Of a DNA stretch of 64,000 nt, positions 1 through 12,614 are shown in pieces. A program made the translations under genes and the position numbers. The notes under the pieces were generated by a model that was not told the origin of the DNA, made no database searches, and was given only the letters and a program-made list of their open reading frames with translations. Every line of letters starts with the position of its first letter. Position 1 is the first letter of the stretch. Where the stretch lies: positions 393,617 through 457,616 of the forward strand of contig MNCI01001727.1 of assembly GCA_015680685.1 (NCBI GenBank). The letters are read 5' to 3'. Origin of the DNA: Gnetum montanum (lineage: Eukaryota; Plantae; Gnetophyta).

Positions 1-2174
1 CTTACCATTTTTCATTTACCTCGCTACTTCGGACGTAGTGTTAGTAGCATTGCTTTGTCAAAGGAAGGATGATGGGTTGGAAGTTCCCATCTACTACTTG
101 AGCCATGCTTTATATGCATATGAAACGAGGTATAATGAAATCGAGTGTAATTGTCTAGCATTAATTTTTACGCTCAAAAAGTGTAGACACTACCTTTTCC
201 GTAGCCAAGTTAACATCATTTATAAAAATAACATCCTTAGGACCATTACGCATAACTTATATGAGAGTAGTAGGATCGCTCGTTGGAAGGCTATCACCGC
301 AGAATTTGATCTGCATTACATTGGCCAATCATCTACGAAAGGCCAAGCGATAGCCGACCAGTTAGTCACGTCACCAATTAACAGTCACGCAACCATAGAA
401 CCAAAATTTCCTGATGAATACGTACATAGTCTAAGCTATGTATTGACAGGCCCTGAAGCAATGTTGTATTTCGACGGAGCTTCAACTGCTAGGGGTGGCA
501 GTGCTGCCACTGTTATTATGCTATCGCCTGAAGATGTGCATCTCCACGCTTATCGCTTGACCTTCCCCTGTACAAACAATGTGGCAGAGTACGAGGGACT
601 CCTCAGGGGATTACTAACTGCGAGTGAACTCGATGTTCAACACCTGACGATTAGGGGCAATTCGATGCTTGTCATAAATCAGATCACAGGAGTCTACGCC
701 TGTAAGGCTGTACATTTGTAGCCCTACTACGATAAGGCTAAAGATCTTCTGAGACGATTCGCGACCACCGATGCCCAGCACATGCCACGCATGGATAACA
801 CACTAGCCGACGCACTGGCAACACTGGCTTTGAACGTGCCTTCACACCTATTTGACACCTGCCCTGCATTGATAACAGACTGCGTAGATCTTATCATTCA
901 GGCGATGCAAATATCTTCTATTCTCGAGGAAAGCGCACCTGAATGGTACGATGACATTAAAACTTACCTTCTACAGGGTGAGCTACCGCCCTAATTGACA
1001 CGCTCACAGAAAGATGCGATTCGCAAGCAGGCTAAGCAATACGTCATCGTAGGAGACAGTATTCTTTGTAGACGCTCTTTTGATGGCGTGTTGCTTACCT
1101 GCGTCGACAGAAGCCAAACGCAGCATATAGTCAACGAGGTTCACGAGGGACTGTGCGACGGCCACGTAGCACCCCGAGCTATGGCCCTAAAAATCTGTCG
1201 CTTAGGGTACTACTGGCCACGCATGGAAAAAGATTGCCTGATGAAGGTTAAAACTTGTGACATGTGTCAGCGTCACACGAATCTCATACACGTGTCAACA
1301 TACAACGCAGATAACATGGCCATTCCAACGATGGGGACTTGACATTATAGGCCCCATCACGCTGAAATCTTCTGCAGGGCACAACTTCATTATTACCACT
1401 ACTGAGTACTTTACGAAGTGGGTAGAAGCTGTCCCCCTGCGAAAAATCACATCCCAACAAGTTTGCCATTTTATCCTGGACAATATCGTAACCAGATTTG
1501 GTCTCCTAATGACTATCATGACCAACAATGGGCCACAGTTTAGTAGTATGGAAACCAAATCCTTCTGTGATAACCTGGGCATTAGGTAGTCTTTTTCCTC
1601 CCCCTATTACCTGCAAGCAAATGGTCAAGCTGAAGCAACGAACAAAGTGATCATCAATTTTCTTAAGAAAATGCTTGACAACAACAAAAGACGGTGGCAC
1701 GAACAAATCCTCTATGTGCTCTGGGCATATCGTACCACATGTAGGACGGCTACGGGCAGTACGCCCTATAGCCTGGTTTACGGATCTGAAGCAGTGCTGC
1801 CTCTCGAGTTGCAAATTCCTTCTCTGAGAATGGTCCTCTCTACCATTATAAATGAGGCTCAACACACCGAGTCTCGGATAATGGATTTGGATTCATTGGA
1901 AGAGAAGCGAATGCAGGCTTTTGACACAATTGAGACATATCAGCATAAATAGAGACAAAAGCATCATCACAACCTTCAGCAGCACCCGATCAAGAAGGGA
2001 GATCTCGTTCTCAAGGCCATTCGCGAACCAGTAGGTAAGTTCTTTGTGAACTAGGAGGGCCCTTTCTTGGTGACAGATGCGTACACCAACGGAGCATTCA
2101 GGCTAGCAGACATCAACGACAACGCACTACCAAACCCTGTAAATCACGTATATCTGAAGAGGTATTACATCTAG
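1..2174 (+). pseudogene. Tat pol remnant: RNase H, additional archaeal-type RNase H (aRH), integrase
   Basis: PIYYLS...YNEIECNCLAL (RH); LYFDGAS...TNNVAEYEGL (aRH); HEGLCDGH...CDMC zinc finger; WPFQRWGLDIIGP (rve); LWAYRTT...TPYSLVYG; several stops and frameshifts; ends TAG at 2172-2174. Confidence 0.9.
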
Positions 2175-2212
2175 CAGTGTCTCCGGTGTGAACAAGCAGG
2201 TATGGCATTGAT

Positions 2213-2790
2213 CGTCCGCTACGACGTTAAACAGGCACGTTGTGACCGTCTGCTACGACGAAAAAATGGAAATGTTGTACAGGTCCGCCAAGACGAAAAA
2301 CTGGCATCTTTTGCACGCGTCCGCCACGACGCTAAACTAGCACAGGTAAGTAGCCGTCTGCTGAGATGTAAAACTAGCATAGATTTGTCCATGGGTCATG
2401 ACATGAAACTGACATCCACAGCACGGTCTGCTAAGACCATAAATCAGACATACCACTGTCCGCTACGACGAAAAACTGGCAATGTTGTACAGGTCCGCCA
2501 AGACGAAAAACTGGCATCTTTTGCACGCGTCTACCATGACGCTAAACTGGCACAAGTAAGTAGCCATCTGCTGAGATGTAAAACTAGCACAGATTTGTCC
2601 ATGGGTCATGACACGAAACTGACATCCACAGCACGGTCTACTGAGATCATAAATCAAACATACCACCGTCCGCTACGACGTAAAACTAGCACTTCTTGGT
2701 CCGCCCAGACTTTAAACTGGGACCATGGTCTGCTGAGACTTAAAACCAGTAACAGCAGTCTACCAGGACTTAAAACTGGGACTTACAGAC
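2213..2790 (+). repeat. Tandem array of ~30-37 bp monomers (core GTCYGCYAxGACGxAAACTRGCA) with a 210-bp higher-order duplication
   Basis: About 17 monomers read by eye; block ~2248-2457 is nearly identical to ~2458-2667. Confidence 0.9.
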
Positions 2791-3887
2791 TACTACCATG
2801 TACATCAAGCGAGCGTGATCATCTCTATACAGTTGCACAAACAACGAGGTGGGATACTGGGACAGTCCCAGTGTCGCCACCCCACCGGCATCCTACTGAT
2901 TCCTCGGATGAGCTGAGAGGCATCTTACTGATCCCTCGGAGATGCCGCCGCTGCGCCCACTGCAACGGTGGTACCTCTGAGAGTTTAGACTCACCAGTCG
3001 GAGCCCCGATGAAATCTTCGTCGACAACGACCTCGGGAACCTCCGCCGATCATCGCTATCGGACACTGGCTTCGCAAATTCATCTAGCTGGTTTCCTGTA
3101 CAACTAGCTAGCTGCATTGTGTCTGATGCCTTTTGGCGAAGATATGCTGGGCCAATCGTCAGGATTGGCGGCTCCGCCCTCATGCTTCGGCTCCTTCTTT
3201 ACGGCCCAATCACTCTATCTCGCATCAAACGGCACTCATTTCGACAACCTCGCCTCTTGTTCGCATGAGCAATGGTGTCCTTTGTTTTTCTTTTGTGGTT
3301 GCAGGTTACTTGCCTTGGAGGATGTCGTTCAAAGGTGCGTCCATCTAAGTGGTGAAGTACAGCAGCGTGTTGAGATGGCTACTCAGGTTTGCTCGACCAC
3401 TTAGACCTGCATGCCTATACCTCTCACAATACTACCCCTAGCTCTTATTTCCTTTCATCCCCACCACCCGCTCCCCATACACGAAAGCTACATACACAAG
3501 TATCCCTTTTCCATGCTCACATTGGCAGAGATATCGTAGAGGTGATGCGCCATGCTCCTTTTGCAAGCATTCCTGCTATAATCAGCGATAGAGAAATCTC
3601 AGGCTGACGCGCTACGCTCGTCTGAAAGCATTCCTGTTGACATATGTGTGCGTACGTTTCTGTGTGTTCCGCAACCATATTCCATATTCCTACCATCCTC
3701 ACCTATCTTATGTCTTCCCCGAACCCGTTTCCTACTATGTTATTCACTGTCCCATTCCCTCTCGCTTCGCTCTTCCATGTTGATAGGGCAACTCCTGGGT
3801 AGCCATGTATGGACGTTGTTCTTGCTTCTACCAATCCGGTGTTTCGCATTCTTTGTCGATGTCTTTCGGGCAAGCCCTCCAACCGTC

Positions 3888-3903
3888 AACAAAGAGGGGC
3901 CAT
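3888..3903 (+). other. Polypurine tract of the Tat element
   Basis: AACAAAGAGGGGCCAT immediately 5' of LTR start TG. Confidence 0.75.
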
Positions 3904-5360
3904 TGAAACACCATGAAAATTGCGAGTCGGCCTCAGGTGAAGATTCACAATTCAGGCAAGGGTGCATGTCAGAATTCCAGAAAGAAAAGTAAGACAGAGC
4001 AACACCAAGAGGCGTGTAGCATCAAGTCCTCAACTTCTTGTGCAAATTCCTAATCTTTCTATGCTTTTTCTGTTTACGCTATATCACACGACGTAGCGTA
4101 ATGGCGCTTAGCGTGATTTTGCTTAAGCATGGTCAGGCATCAGAAGGCTAGTTACTTCAGCGTAAGGAGAGGCTTGAGCAGCGTAATATGTGACTTCTCG
4201 TGTATTTTTCTAAGTCTCTTATTCAAGGACAGGTTTTACGCTCTGTTACGCACGGCAGCGTAATAAGCTCCAAAACAGTCAAAGGCAAAAGTCTAAAGAA
4301 GCGCAATTGCTTATCATACGCTCATCACGCAATGTAGCGTATCACAACGTATTGCGTCGCCGAGCCAGACATAGCTTACGCTTCATTACGTGCGATTGCG
4401 TAAGCGAGCATAAAATAGCTCGACTCCATTGTTCCTATGTTGTAATATGCTCATGTACGTAACGCAGCGTAAATGAGCATAATATCACTCAAAGACAGTT
4501 GAAACATGCCCGATGTACACCTCTTCTTCAGACACACAATACGCAAATGAGCGTATTATGCGTAGTCATGAAGTTTGACGCAAAAATGATCAAACCAACG
4601 GTACCCGAAACATTCGGGATACACATCATCAGGGTTGCACCTTCTCCATAGGACGACGTAGCCTATAAATACCCCAGTTGACAAAGATACAGGGGTTGGA
4701 AAATCAGAGAAGCAAAGGCATTTTTCTGAGCACTGGAGCACTTATCACTTCTGAGCAGAGATATAGAGAGCAGTGCTTTAGCAACCGTTGATAGCATCAC
4801 CTTCCGGTAGAAATAGAACACAGTTCACTTTGAGCATCGGCCACAGGAGTAATCGTTCTGCTGGGGAAGACTCTATTGGTTAGAAATAGTTGATCAGTAG
4901 ACGTCAAAGCTTGACATTCCTTGCACCCCGGCTTTAGCCCACGAGGTATATCGGACTTCTGTTTGGACAATTTTCTTGTTGTTTTGTGCTTGCTTTATAT
5001 TCGGTAATCGGGATCTCCCCAGTGTAACGAGATATACAAAATATACAGTTTTCAAGTCAAAGTGTAGATCTTGAAACTACATGTTTCTCTTATGTCAACC
5101 TCCTCTTATCGTGTTTAACATTATCATCGTTGCAAATCATCTACATCGTTTTCCCCTCGTTTTGCGATTCCTCGAATTAGATTTTTCCACGAGATATTCA
5201 TTGGTTTACTGATTAGTAAGTCCCTGTCTGGTCGACAAGACTATTCAGGGCACCGCGGATTCGTTTTTCCAGCATAGCCCTCGCGCGGATCTATGGTTAA
5301 AACTGTGTACACGGAAATTTGTTCGGTATTTTCCAGCTGCTGACATTTTCTGGCGTTACA
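3904..5360 (+). repeat. 3' LTR of the Tat element (~1.46 kb, TG...CA)
   Basis: Both ends match the TSD-flanked solo LTR at 37522-39121 (reverse strand); TATA-like CCTATAAATA near 4662. Confidence 0.85.
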
Positions 5361-8300
5361 CACATGCCATAGATAGTGTATGGAGTTCTGCTTGAATAGA
5401 AAGAATTGGAAGTTTTTCATACACTAACTCATAGGGAGAGTAGCCTATAAAGAGTTTCCATGTGGAGCAGTATGCCCAAAGAGCATCGTTCCATTTGGTG
5501 CTCTAATCTTGCTAATAGTTCTTATCAATATTTTCGTAATCTCCCTATTGGTGACTTCAACTTGACCATTCACTTGAACATGGTATGGTGTAGTCAATTT
5601 GTGTTTAACCCTAAGCATTGCACCAGCTTTCAAAAATTTGCACCTGTAAAATATGTGCCATTGTCAAAAATAAGTGCACGAGGCATGCCAAACCTATTTA
5701 TGATTTGTTGTTGAACAAATCGTGCAACTGTAGATGATGTACAATCCATAATAGTGGTTGCTTTTGCCCATTTTGTAAAGTAGTCAACAACAACAACGAT
5801 GTAGGCTTTTCCATTGGACATTGGTGTAATAGCCCCCATAAAATCAATTCCCCATATGTTGAAGGGTTCTAAAGGTTGAATCCATTGTTGCAGATCCTCC
5901 ATTCTAGAAGTCATTCCCCCATCACGTTGATAGCACTCACAAGATTGGAAAAAATGATGGACATCTTGAAACAATGTAGGCCAATAATATCTTGCAAGTA
6001 GGATTTTAATGGATGTTCGTCTCTCGACATAATGACCTCCACAAGGATCCTCATGAGCATCTTGGAGAACTCGTAGTTGATTTATATCGAGAACGCACCA
6101 TCGAACCAAACCATTGGGACATACTTTATAAAGTTGCCCGTTGATTTCCATAAAATACTTGGCTCAGTGAAGAAACTATTGTTTCTTTTTAGCATCTAAC
6201 TCTTGTGGTGTTTGTTGTGTAAGGAGATAAGTGAGAATACTACTGTACCATTTTGTCTCCATGATCAATTGATTAGTTACTACACCTACAAAGAGGAGTT
6301 CATTAGGGAAATTATTAGAAATTGGATACTCATCCTCTTTGTTGTCCCATCACAAATGAGATAAATGATTAGCAACTACGTTCTCGGTGCCTTTTCGATC
6401 AATCATCGTAAGATCGAACTCCTATAAGATTACAAGTCATCGTATAATGTGAGGGCTCACCATTGGTTTATTCATTAGAAACTGTATTGCACTATGATCT
6501 GTGTGTATAAATATCTTATAGCCTAATACATAGTGCCTAAATTTTTCCAGTGCAAACACTACAACCATCAACTCTTTCTCTGTTGTAGTGTAGTTAAGTT
6601 GTGCACCACCAATACTTCGACTTGCATAGTGGATGTAATAAGGACGTTTTTGTTCATCTAACTATGTAAGTATGGCTCCTAAAGCATAGTTGGATGTGTT
6701 AGTCACTATGTGGAATGGTCTGGACCAGTCACGAGCTTGTAGAATGGGTGTTTCTATGAGCTTCTGTTTTAAAGTTTAGAAAGCTAATTCGCATTCCTTG
6801 GTCCATTCAAAAGGTACATCCTTTTTCGTTAGTTCAACCAGTGGTTTTGCAACCTTTGAAAAGCTCTCAATAAAGTGTTTGTAATAGCTAGTGTGTCCAA
6901 GGAATGACCAAATATCTTTTACAATTTCAGGTTGATGGGTAATTCCTTGGATAACTTTGATCTTTTCGGGGTCTACCTCTATCCTTATTTGTGACATCTT
7001 ATGCCCTAGTACAATGCCTTCTTAGATCATTAAATGACTTTTGTGCAATGGAGCCTTAAGTTGGTTTCTACACATTGTTTTAGTACTTGCTCTAACCAAT
7101 CCAAGGCTTGATCAAAGTTCACTCCGTAGGTGGAGAAGTATTCCATGAAGACCTCCATACCATTTCCTATCTACTATTGGAATATGCTTAGAACTAATCA
7201 TTGAAACATTGCAGGGGCATTGCACAAGCCAAACGACATCTATTTGTATGCAAATATTCCCAAGGACTAGTGAACGTAGTCTTGGCTTGGTCTTCTACAG
7301 CTATTTGTATTTGGTTGTACCCACTGTACCCATCCAGAAAACTATAGTAGCGATGCCTTGCAATGGTGTCTAAGACTTGGTCGACGAATGGCAACAGAAA
7401 GTGGTCTTTGAATGTTGCCATGTTTAGTAGCCTAAAATCTATGCACATCCTCCATTTACCTCTCTTTTCGGGCACAATAACTGAGGGACTAAGCCATTCA
7501 CTATCAGCAATGGGGTATATGAACCCAACTTTTAAAAGTTGTTCGATTTCTTCCTTAACCACTTGCTTAAGCTTTAGGTTAAGTAGCCTCTATGGTTGTC
7601 TTCGAGGCTTCATGGAGGGGTCAGTGTAATTCTATGTTGGCATATCCTAGGATCCATTCCTATTAATTCAAGATATGACCAAGCAAAGGCTTTCGACCAT
7701 TTATTTATTACCTTCAGTGGTCTCTCTTTTTGTTGAGAAGCAAGCTTAGTGTTAATAATTACCAATTTTCCATTCATGAGAAACATGTATTCCATACCAG
7801 TGGGCAATGATTTTAACTCAAGGGGCTCTTGCTTAAACTTATTAGGGATTTCCAACTTTTCCCAGTTGATATTTTCAATGTCAAGACTTGGAAGTTGGCG
7901 ATGGACTTGCTCTAATGTGTCTATGCTATCGATGTAAGTGCAAGTCAAACCCTTTGTTGGTTCCATACATATAGTTAAACTACTCTCTTGATCAGTTGCT
8001 AGCCACTAGGTGCCTTCTTGTCTTGTGGATGCTGCATACAAGCACCTTTGTATATTAGTTACTTGTGCACATTGATTGCATGCATGCAATGTTAAACTTT
8101 GTACAAACCATGAATTCTGCATACAATTACACCCTATGTCACTGTATGCAATGCATGGAACTTTTTTCTTCTTGATCTTTCCAAACATATTTTTCTTTGA
8201 TATTTCCAGGGAAAGATCACAGATTCCTAGGCATGCATCAATTGTACTTAGCCATGCTCTTCCCATTATGATTGGAAAGTCCCCCTTACCATTGTTGACT

Positions 8301-11101
8301 TGAATCACTAGGAAATTGGCTGGGTACAACCATCCACAAATAGTGGTGACAATGTCCTCCACTATTCTTAATGGGATAGTTATGGATTGATCAGCCAACT
8401 CTAAATGAATGTTACTCTTTTTTAATGGATGCAAGTTCCAGGCCTTGTACATTTCTTGAGAAATTAAGTTGACCATAGAACCTGAATCTAAAAGAGCTTT
8501 GCATGGCTCATTCCCAGCAATCTGTAGATATATAAGAGGACTCCCAATATCAGAGAATTTCCTAGGAAGATGACTAGCTTTCATCCAATCGGTGATAACA
8601 TGAGTTAACATGATTGTATGTGTTGGATGTGGTGTTTGGTCTGAAGGGAGTTTCAAAGTTTTGATTGGTAATGAGGTGTCTAAGGGATTAGCTGCTTGTG
8701 GTTGCAAGGACTTAGTTGGAATGTTGGTTCTAAAGAAAGGTCTTTTCTTCATGCGGTTTTCAGGACCAACAATAGATTGAGAGTTAACAGCCTTCGTAGC
8801 ATTATGTTGCTATGGCTGAGTAGGGAGCTCACCCTACATAGCTGGAGCAGGTGGTAATGGAGATATGGGTGGAAGAGATGCAACTAGATGAGAAGGATAA
8901 TATGTTTGTGGAACATCACCCCTAGGAGAAGGAGTCCTATAATACTCACAGGCTTGGTAGTGAGGTTGATGAGTGACATGACCAATAGAGTCACGTGGAG
9001 AGATTGGTTGCTGCATGCAATATCCATACGGGTCAGGTTGACGGTAAGGATACTATTTCCATGGTGGTGGCATTTCCCATGATTTTGGGTGCTACCATTG
9101 TTGATACTACTTAGTTGGTTGTGGTGGAGTTCCACTTGAATAATATGTTAAGGATTGGTGGAACTGTCTTGGGTTACGTTGAGGATAAGGTAACCTTCGG
9201 GGTGTTTGCCTTCTGTTTAATCGTGGGTTGAGTGCATACACCCTAGACTCTTGTAGATGTGAGATTACAAGGCAACATCCCTTAGGATGGTTATATTGGC
9301 ATATCTCGCATCCACTATCATTGTTTGTATCTGAATCCACAACCTCTTTGATGATGGCAACTTTGCCCTTACCCTTGTTATGTGCATATTCAACTTCTCT
9401 CTTTTTTCTCTTTTCGCGATCACTACCTTGCTCTATAGACTCCTCTACTATTTTGAGAACGATTTGAAATCTATTATCTAGGGAGTCCCACATTTGGTCT
9501 ACCTTTGCTGATACTTCCGATGCCAACTTTTGAATAAGCAAAGTTTTCCTATTCAGCATCTCTTCGAGTGGTGACTTTTCTTCATCCTCACAAAATCTTA
9601 CTCCCTTTTTTCGAAGGGAAGGATCTCTGTTATATTCCTCCACACTCTCTCTTTTCCTTAACTCACCTTTCTCTTTAGCAACTTGATCCAATAATCTCTG
9701 TACTTGATGGACCCTAAGCTCGGATAGTCTTCCTTGGGCATAAGTCCCATGGGTTCTTCGCATTTCATGCCTAAGCCCATCTACGAGATGGCGTAGTTGA
9801 TCCCTTTGCAAATAACCATGGCTAGGACAACGATGTAACAGTGCATAATATTGACCCATGGTAGCATCCAAGGGTTCATGTCCTCCTTGTTTCCATCCTT
9901 GGATTTGCTTTCATAGGTTGGACACTCAGGAGTATGTTTGGTACTTATCGTTAAACATTTCTAACATGGTACTCCACCTACGAATGGATTTCAATTCTAA
10001 GGATTGGTACCAGCTCTCCGCTTCTTTGACTAGCGCCCATGGAAACAAATTTAGTTTTTTCCATTCATTTTCTATGTTTTGTAAGGCACATGCATCATGA
10101 AATGCTTGTAGATGATTTTGAGGATCAACGTTGTATCCTCCTTCAAATCGTGGGATATTGTTGGAACTCTAACAGCCTCAGTTATGTCTAACAGACTTCG
10201 GGTGGCAAGTAGGGGTTCATCGTGATCGTATTATCTATGGCGTCTATGATGCCTATGTGGTTCCCTACTTTCCCTCTTTTCATGATGAGTTTCTCTAGAA
10301 TGCCCTCATCCCCTTTCTCGAATGTTTTGTCCATGACCTCCATTTTGCTTACTATTATCCTCAAGGTCTTTTCCCTTATGACTGCATCCAAATCCTAAAG
10401 GAGAGGATGAAGGAGATGATGAAGGTGAAGAAGAAGGAGGACTGTCACCATGATGGTGCATGCTTCCTTCTCTTCAGTGGTTGTGGCCTCGATTGCAATT
10501 ACGATCGAAATGTCCATCTTTATCATGTGTTCATGTTCCTTTTTTAGATCCTTTGTGTCTGTCGGTACTAGAATCCGGGTTATGGATAGTTGAGTGAATA
10601 TTCTAACACAACCCCTTGACCGAAGTCAACAGGAGGAACATCATTGTATGGGAGACTTCCTGAGGCAGGTTCACCACCCTCATTTTCACATATGACATAC
10701 GAGACATTCTAAGAAAAATTTCCCTTCATGGATACATGAAGTCTCTCCTATTGTAGATCCCTTTGATGTTGTGCCTTCATAGGTCGATACTCTCTCAAGT
10801 GATGATCATGCAGAACGTACTCTACCTATAAGTGCTGCATACCAATTCATGTGAGATCACGAAGAAGCATGCCCAGGACTGAGCGATTGGGAGGTAACAC
10901 TATGTTACCTTCTAAATCATGCCAACACAATTGTTCATCCTGGTGGAGGATAAAGGTAAAGTTTGGTATATACTCATCGGGATGAACCTATACCACACGA
11001 AATTGTTGAGGGACTAGCAGATTATCATGTGTACTACGCCTCTGATTGTTCCTTGTATCGAACCTAGGTAGTGAAACACTTTCGTAAGAAGAAGGAGACA
11101 T
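5361..11101 (-). pseudogene. Athila gag-pol remnant (gag, protease, RT, RNase H, integrase)
   Basis: ORF fragments 9107-9871, 8006-8752, 7610-7966, 7194-7562, 6776-6997, 5630-6151; many stops and frameshifts; putative gag ATG at 11101 matches 49600 in element B. Confidence 0.85.
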
Positions 11102-11220
11102 AATTGTCTATTTAGTGTGCAATATTCTTCTTTTTAATAATTGTAAGATTACCAATCCTAAGGGTTCATTCTAATGATGAGAAAGATTTCCTAAGTTCTA
11201 ATTAGTACATAAACAACAAA

Positions 11221-11240
11221 GTCCCTAGCAACAACGTCAA
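11221..11240 (-). other. Degenerate primer-binding site (tRNA-Asp type)
   Basis: TTGACGTTGTTGCTAGGGAC, compared with TTGGCGCCGTTGTTGGGGAC at the same position in element B. Confidence 0.6.
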
Positions 11241-12048
11241 TGATGAGGGGCGAGGGATCCCTACACTCAACCATACGAATATGAGTGTACATGCACAATC
11301 CAGTCGAATTCCAAGGACTAAGTGCTTATGCACCTTTGTGGAACAAGGACGGGTTAGTCAATCGTTGTCTTCTCAAGCTTACTTGTATGGCACAATTGTA
11401 TGGTTAAGTAAACTTGAGATATATGATTTTTATGGCTTTTATATTTTTATGTCTTGGTGCTACAAAGGGAGGAGAGAGATAACTAAGTAACTAATCTAAT
11501 TTAACTACTCAACTATGCTTTAACTAGTCCTAACATCAGTATCTGTTCTCACTTGTCGTACATATCCTAAACCAATGCAACACTACTAGGATTACCAAAC
11601 GCTAATCGTTACTAGGTTACCAAGTGTTACACGCATGCTCGAAGTGGTCGTACTGAGTGTGCTTACTTAGGAGAGTTGTAGGGTGAAAGATAGAACATTA
11701 TTTAACTAAGGAAAGCATTAAGTAACAGTAATTAACATTAATTAATCTATTCTAAATGCTGCAAGGTTTATCACAAAGTTCTTCTTTATTGTTGTACATA
11801 AGGTGAGCTCAGGTACACAATGCTTGAATAAAGATCCGTTCACTTTATGACTCCTACTGCGGGTGCTTAGAAATAATTCTATCTTTGGAAAGGGAAAAAG
11901 GCAAGAGTTTGGATAAGGGGCTAAGACTAATTGCCAAAACCAAGTGCACCTACCTCTTATTTATAGGGAATGAGGCAAGTCCCAATATCGGATGCTCGAT
12001 ATCACGTGGAAGGCTTCGATATCGCGGTCCCAATATCGTGGTTCATCA
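11241..12048 (-). repeat. 5' LTR of Athila element A
   Basis: TGATGAACC...CCCCTCATCA termini; colinear with the LTRs of element B. Confidence 0.85.
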
Positions 12049-12614
12049 CCAATCAAGATATTAATACCTTTGTGTGAAAGAAGTAATTATAGCTATATCC
12101 AAATAAAGAGTGTCACCTTCCCCCATAAGAGCAACTGCAACATGCTAAGGAACTAAAAAGCTTAAATGAGTCACATGGATTTATCAAATATGAGGAGGAC
12201 ATGATGATGATTGATACTTTAAACATGGAATTTGAAGGGATTTGTGCATGTGGCTTTTTACCTTTTCCACATGATGCACTTTAGATTTTGTTGGTTTAAT
12301 AAAGGAAATAGTCAATGGTTCCTAAGCTTGAAGGGTCTATTAGGTTTTTGGGACATGAACTTGTCAGAAAGGCTTGGGAGTCTATTGCCCATTTGTTTTT
12401 ATTTATCATGTGTCTGTGGTGAAGCTACTCTCTACCCCTAATTGGATGGGTTTCTACCCCTTCTTGTTGGTGCTTTAGTGAGCTTTTCACTCACTTTGTA
12501 ATGTAATCTTTTTTTTCGATAATATAATCTTAACCTTCTTTTAAAAAACCAATGCATGTTCCTTGACCACCATGACAAATTAACATGGTGTCAAACTCTC
12601 AAAACTTCAACTCA

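Larger units (their letters stand above)
1..5360 (+). mobile_element. Ty3/Gypsy LTR retrotransposon, Tat clade (3' part; 5' end outside window)
   Basis: pol remnant in RH-aRH-INT order; long 3' non-coding region with a tandem array; PPT AAAGAGGGGCCAT just before LTR start TGAAACA (3904); LTR ends ...GGCGTTACA (5360), abutting another element's integrase. Confidence 0.9.
5361..12048 (-). mobile_element. Ty3/Gypsy Athila-clade element A (5' LTR to integrase; remainder displaced left of the window by the Tat insertion)
   Basis: LTR 11241-12048 homologous to the LTRs at 48670 and 53691; degenerate tRNA-Asp PBS; gag, protease (ALLDSGSMVNLI), RT (WRMCIDFR...FLDGYSGYNQI), RH and integrase (WGIDFMG) fragments in Gypsy order. 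Confidence 0.9.

Noticed and set aside
2213-2790. CRISPR-like repeat/spacer appearance
   Set aside because: The repeats are degenerate, the spacers are short and duplicated in blocks, there are no cas genes, and the context is a plant retrotransposon.
2202-3107. 301-aa ORF with internal repeats
   Set aside because: It is the translation of the tandem array (210-bp unit, a multiple of 3) in the Tat 3' region, with no recognisable domain.
12230-12547. Possible additional LINE 3' tail ending in CTTTTAAAAAA
   Set aside because: The composition is suggestive, but no TSD or diagnostic coding motif was found.
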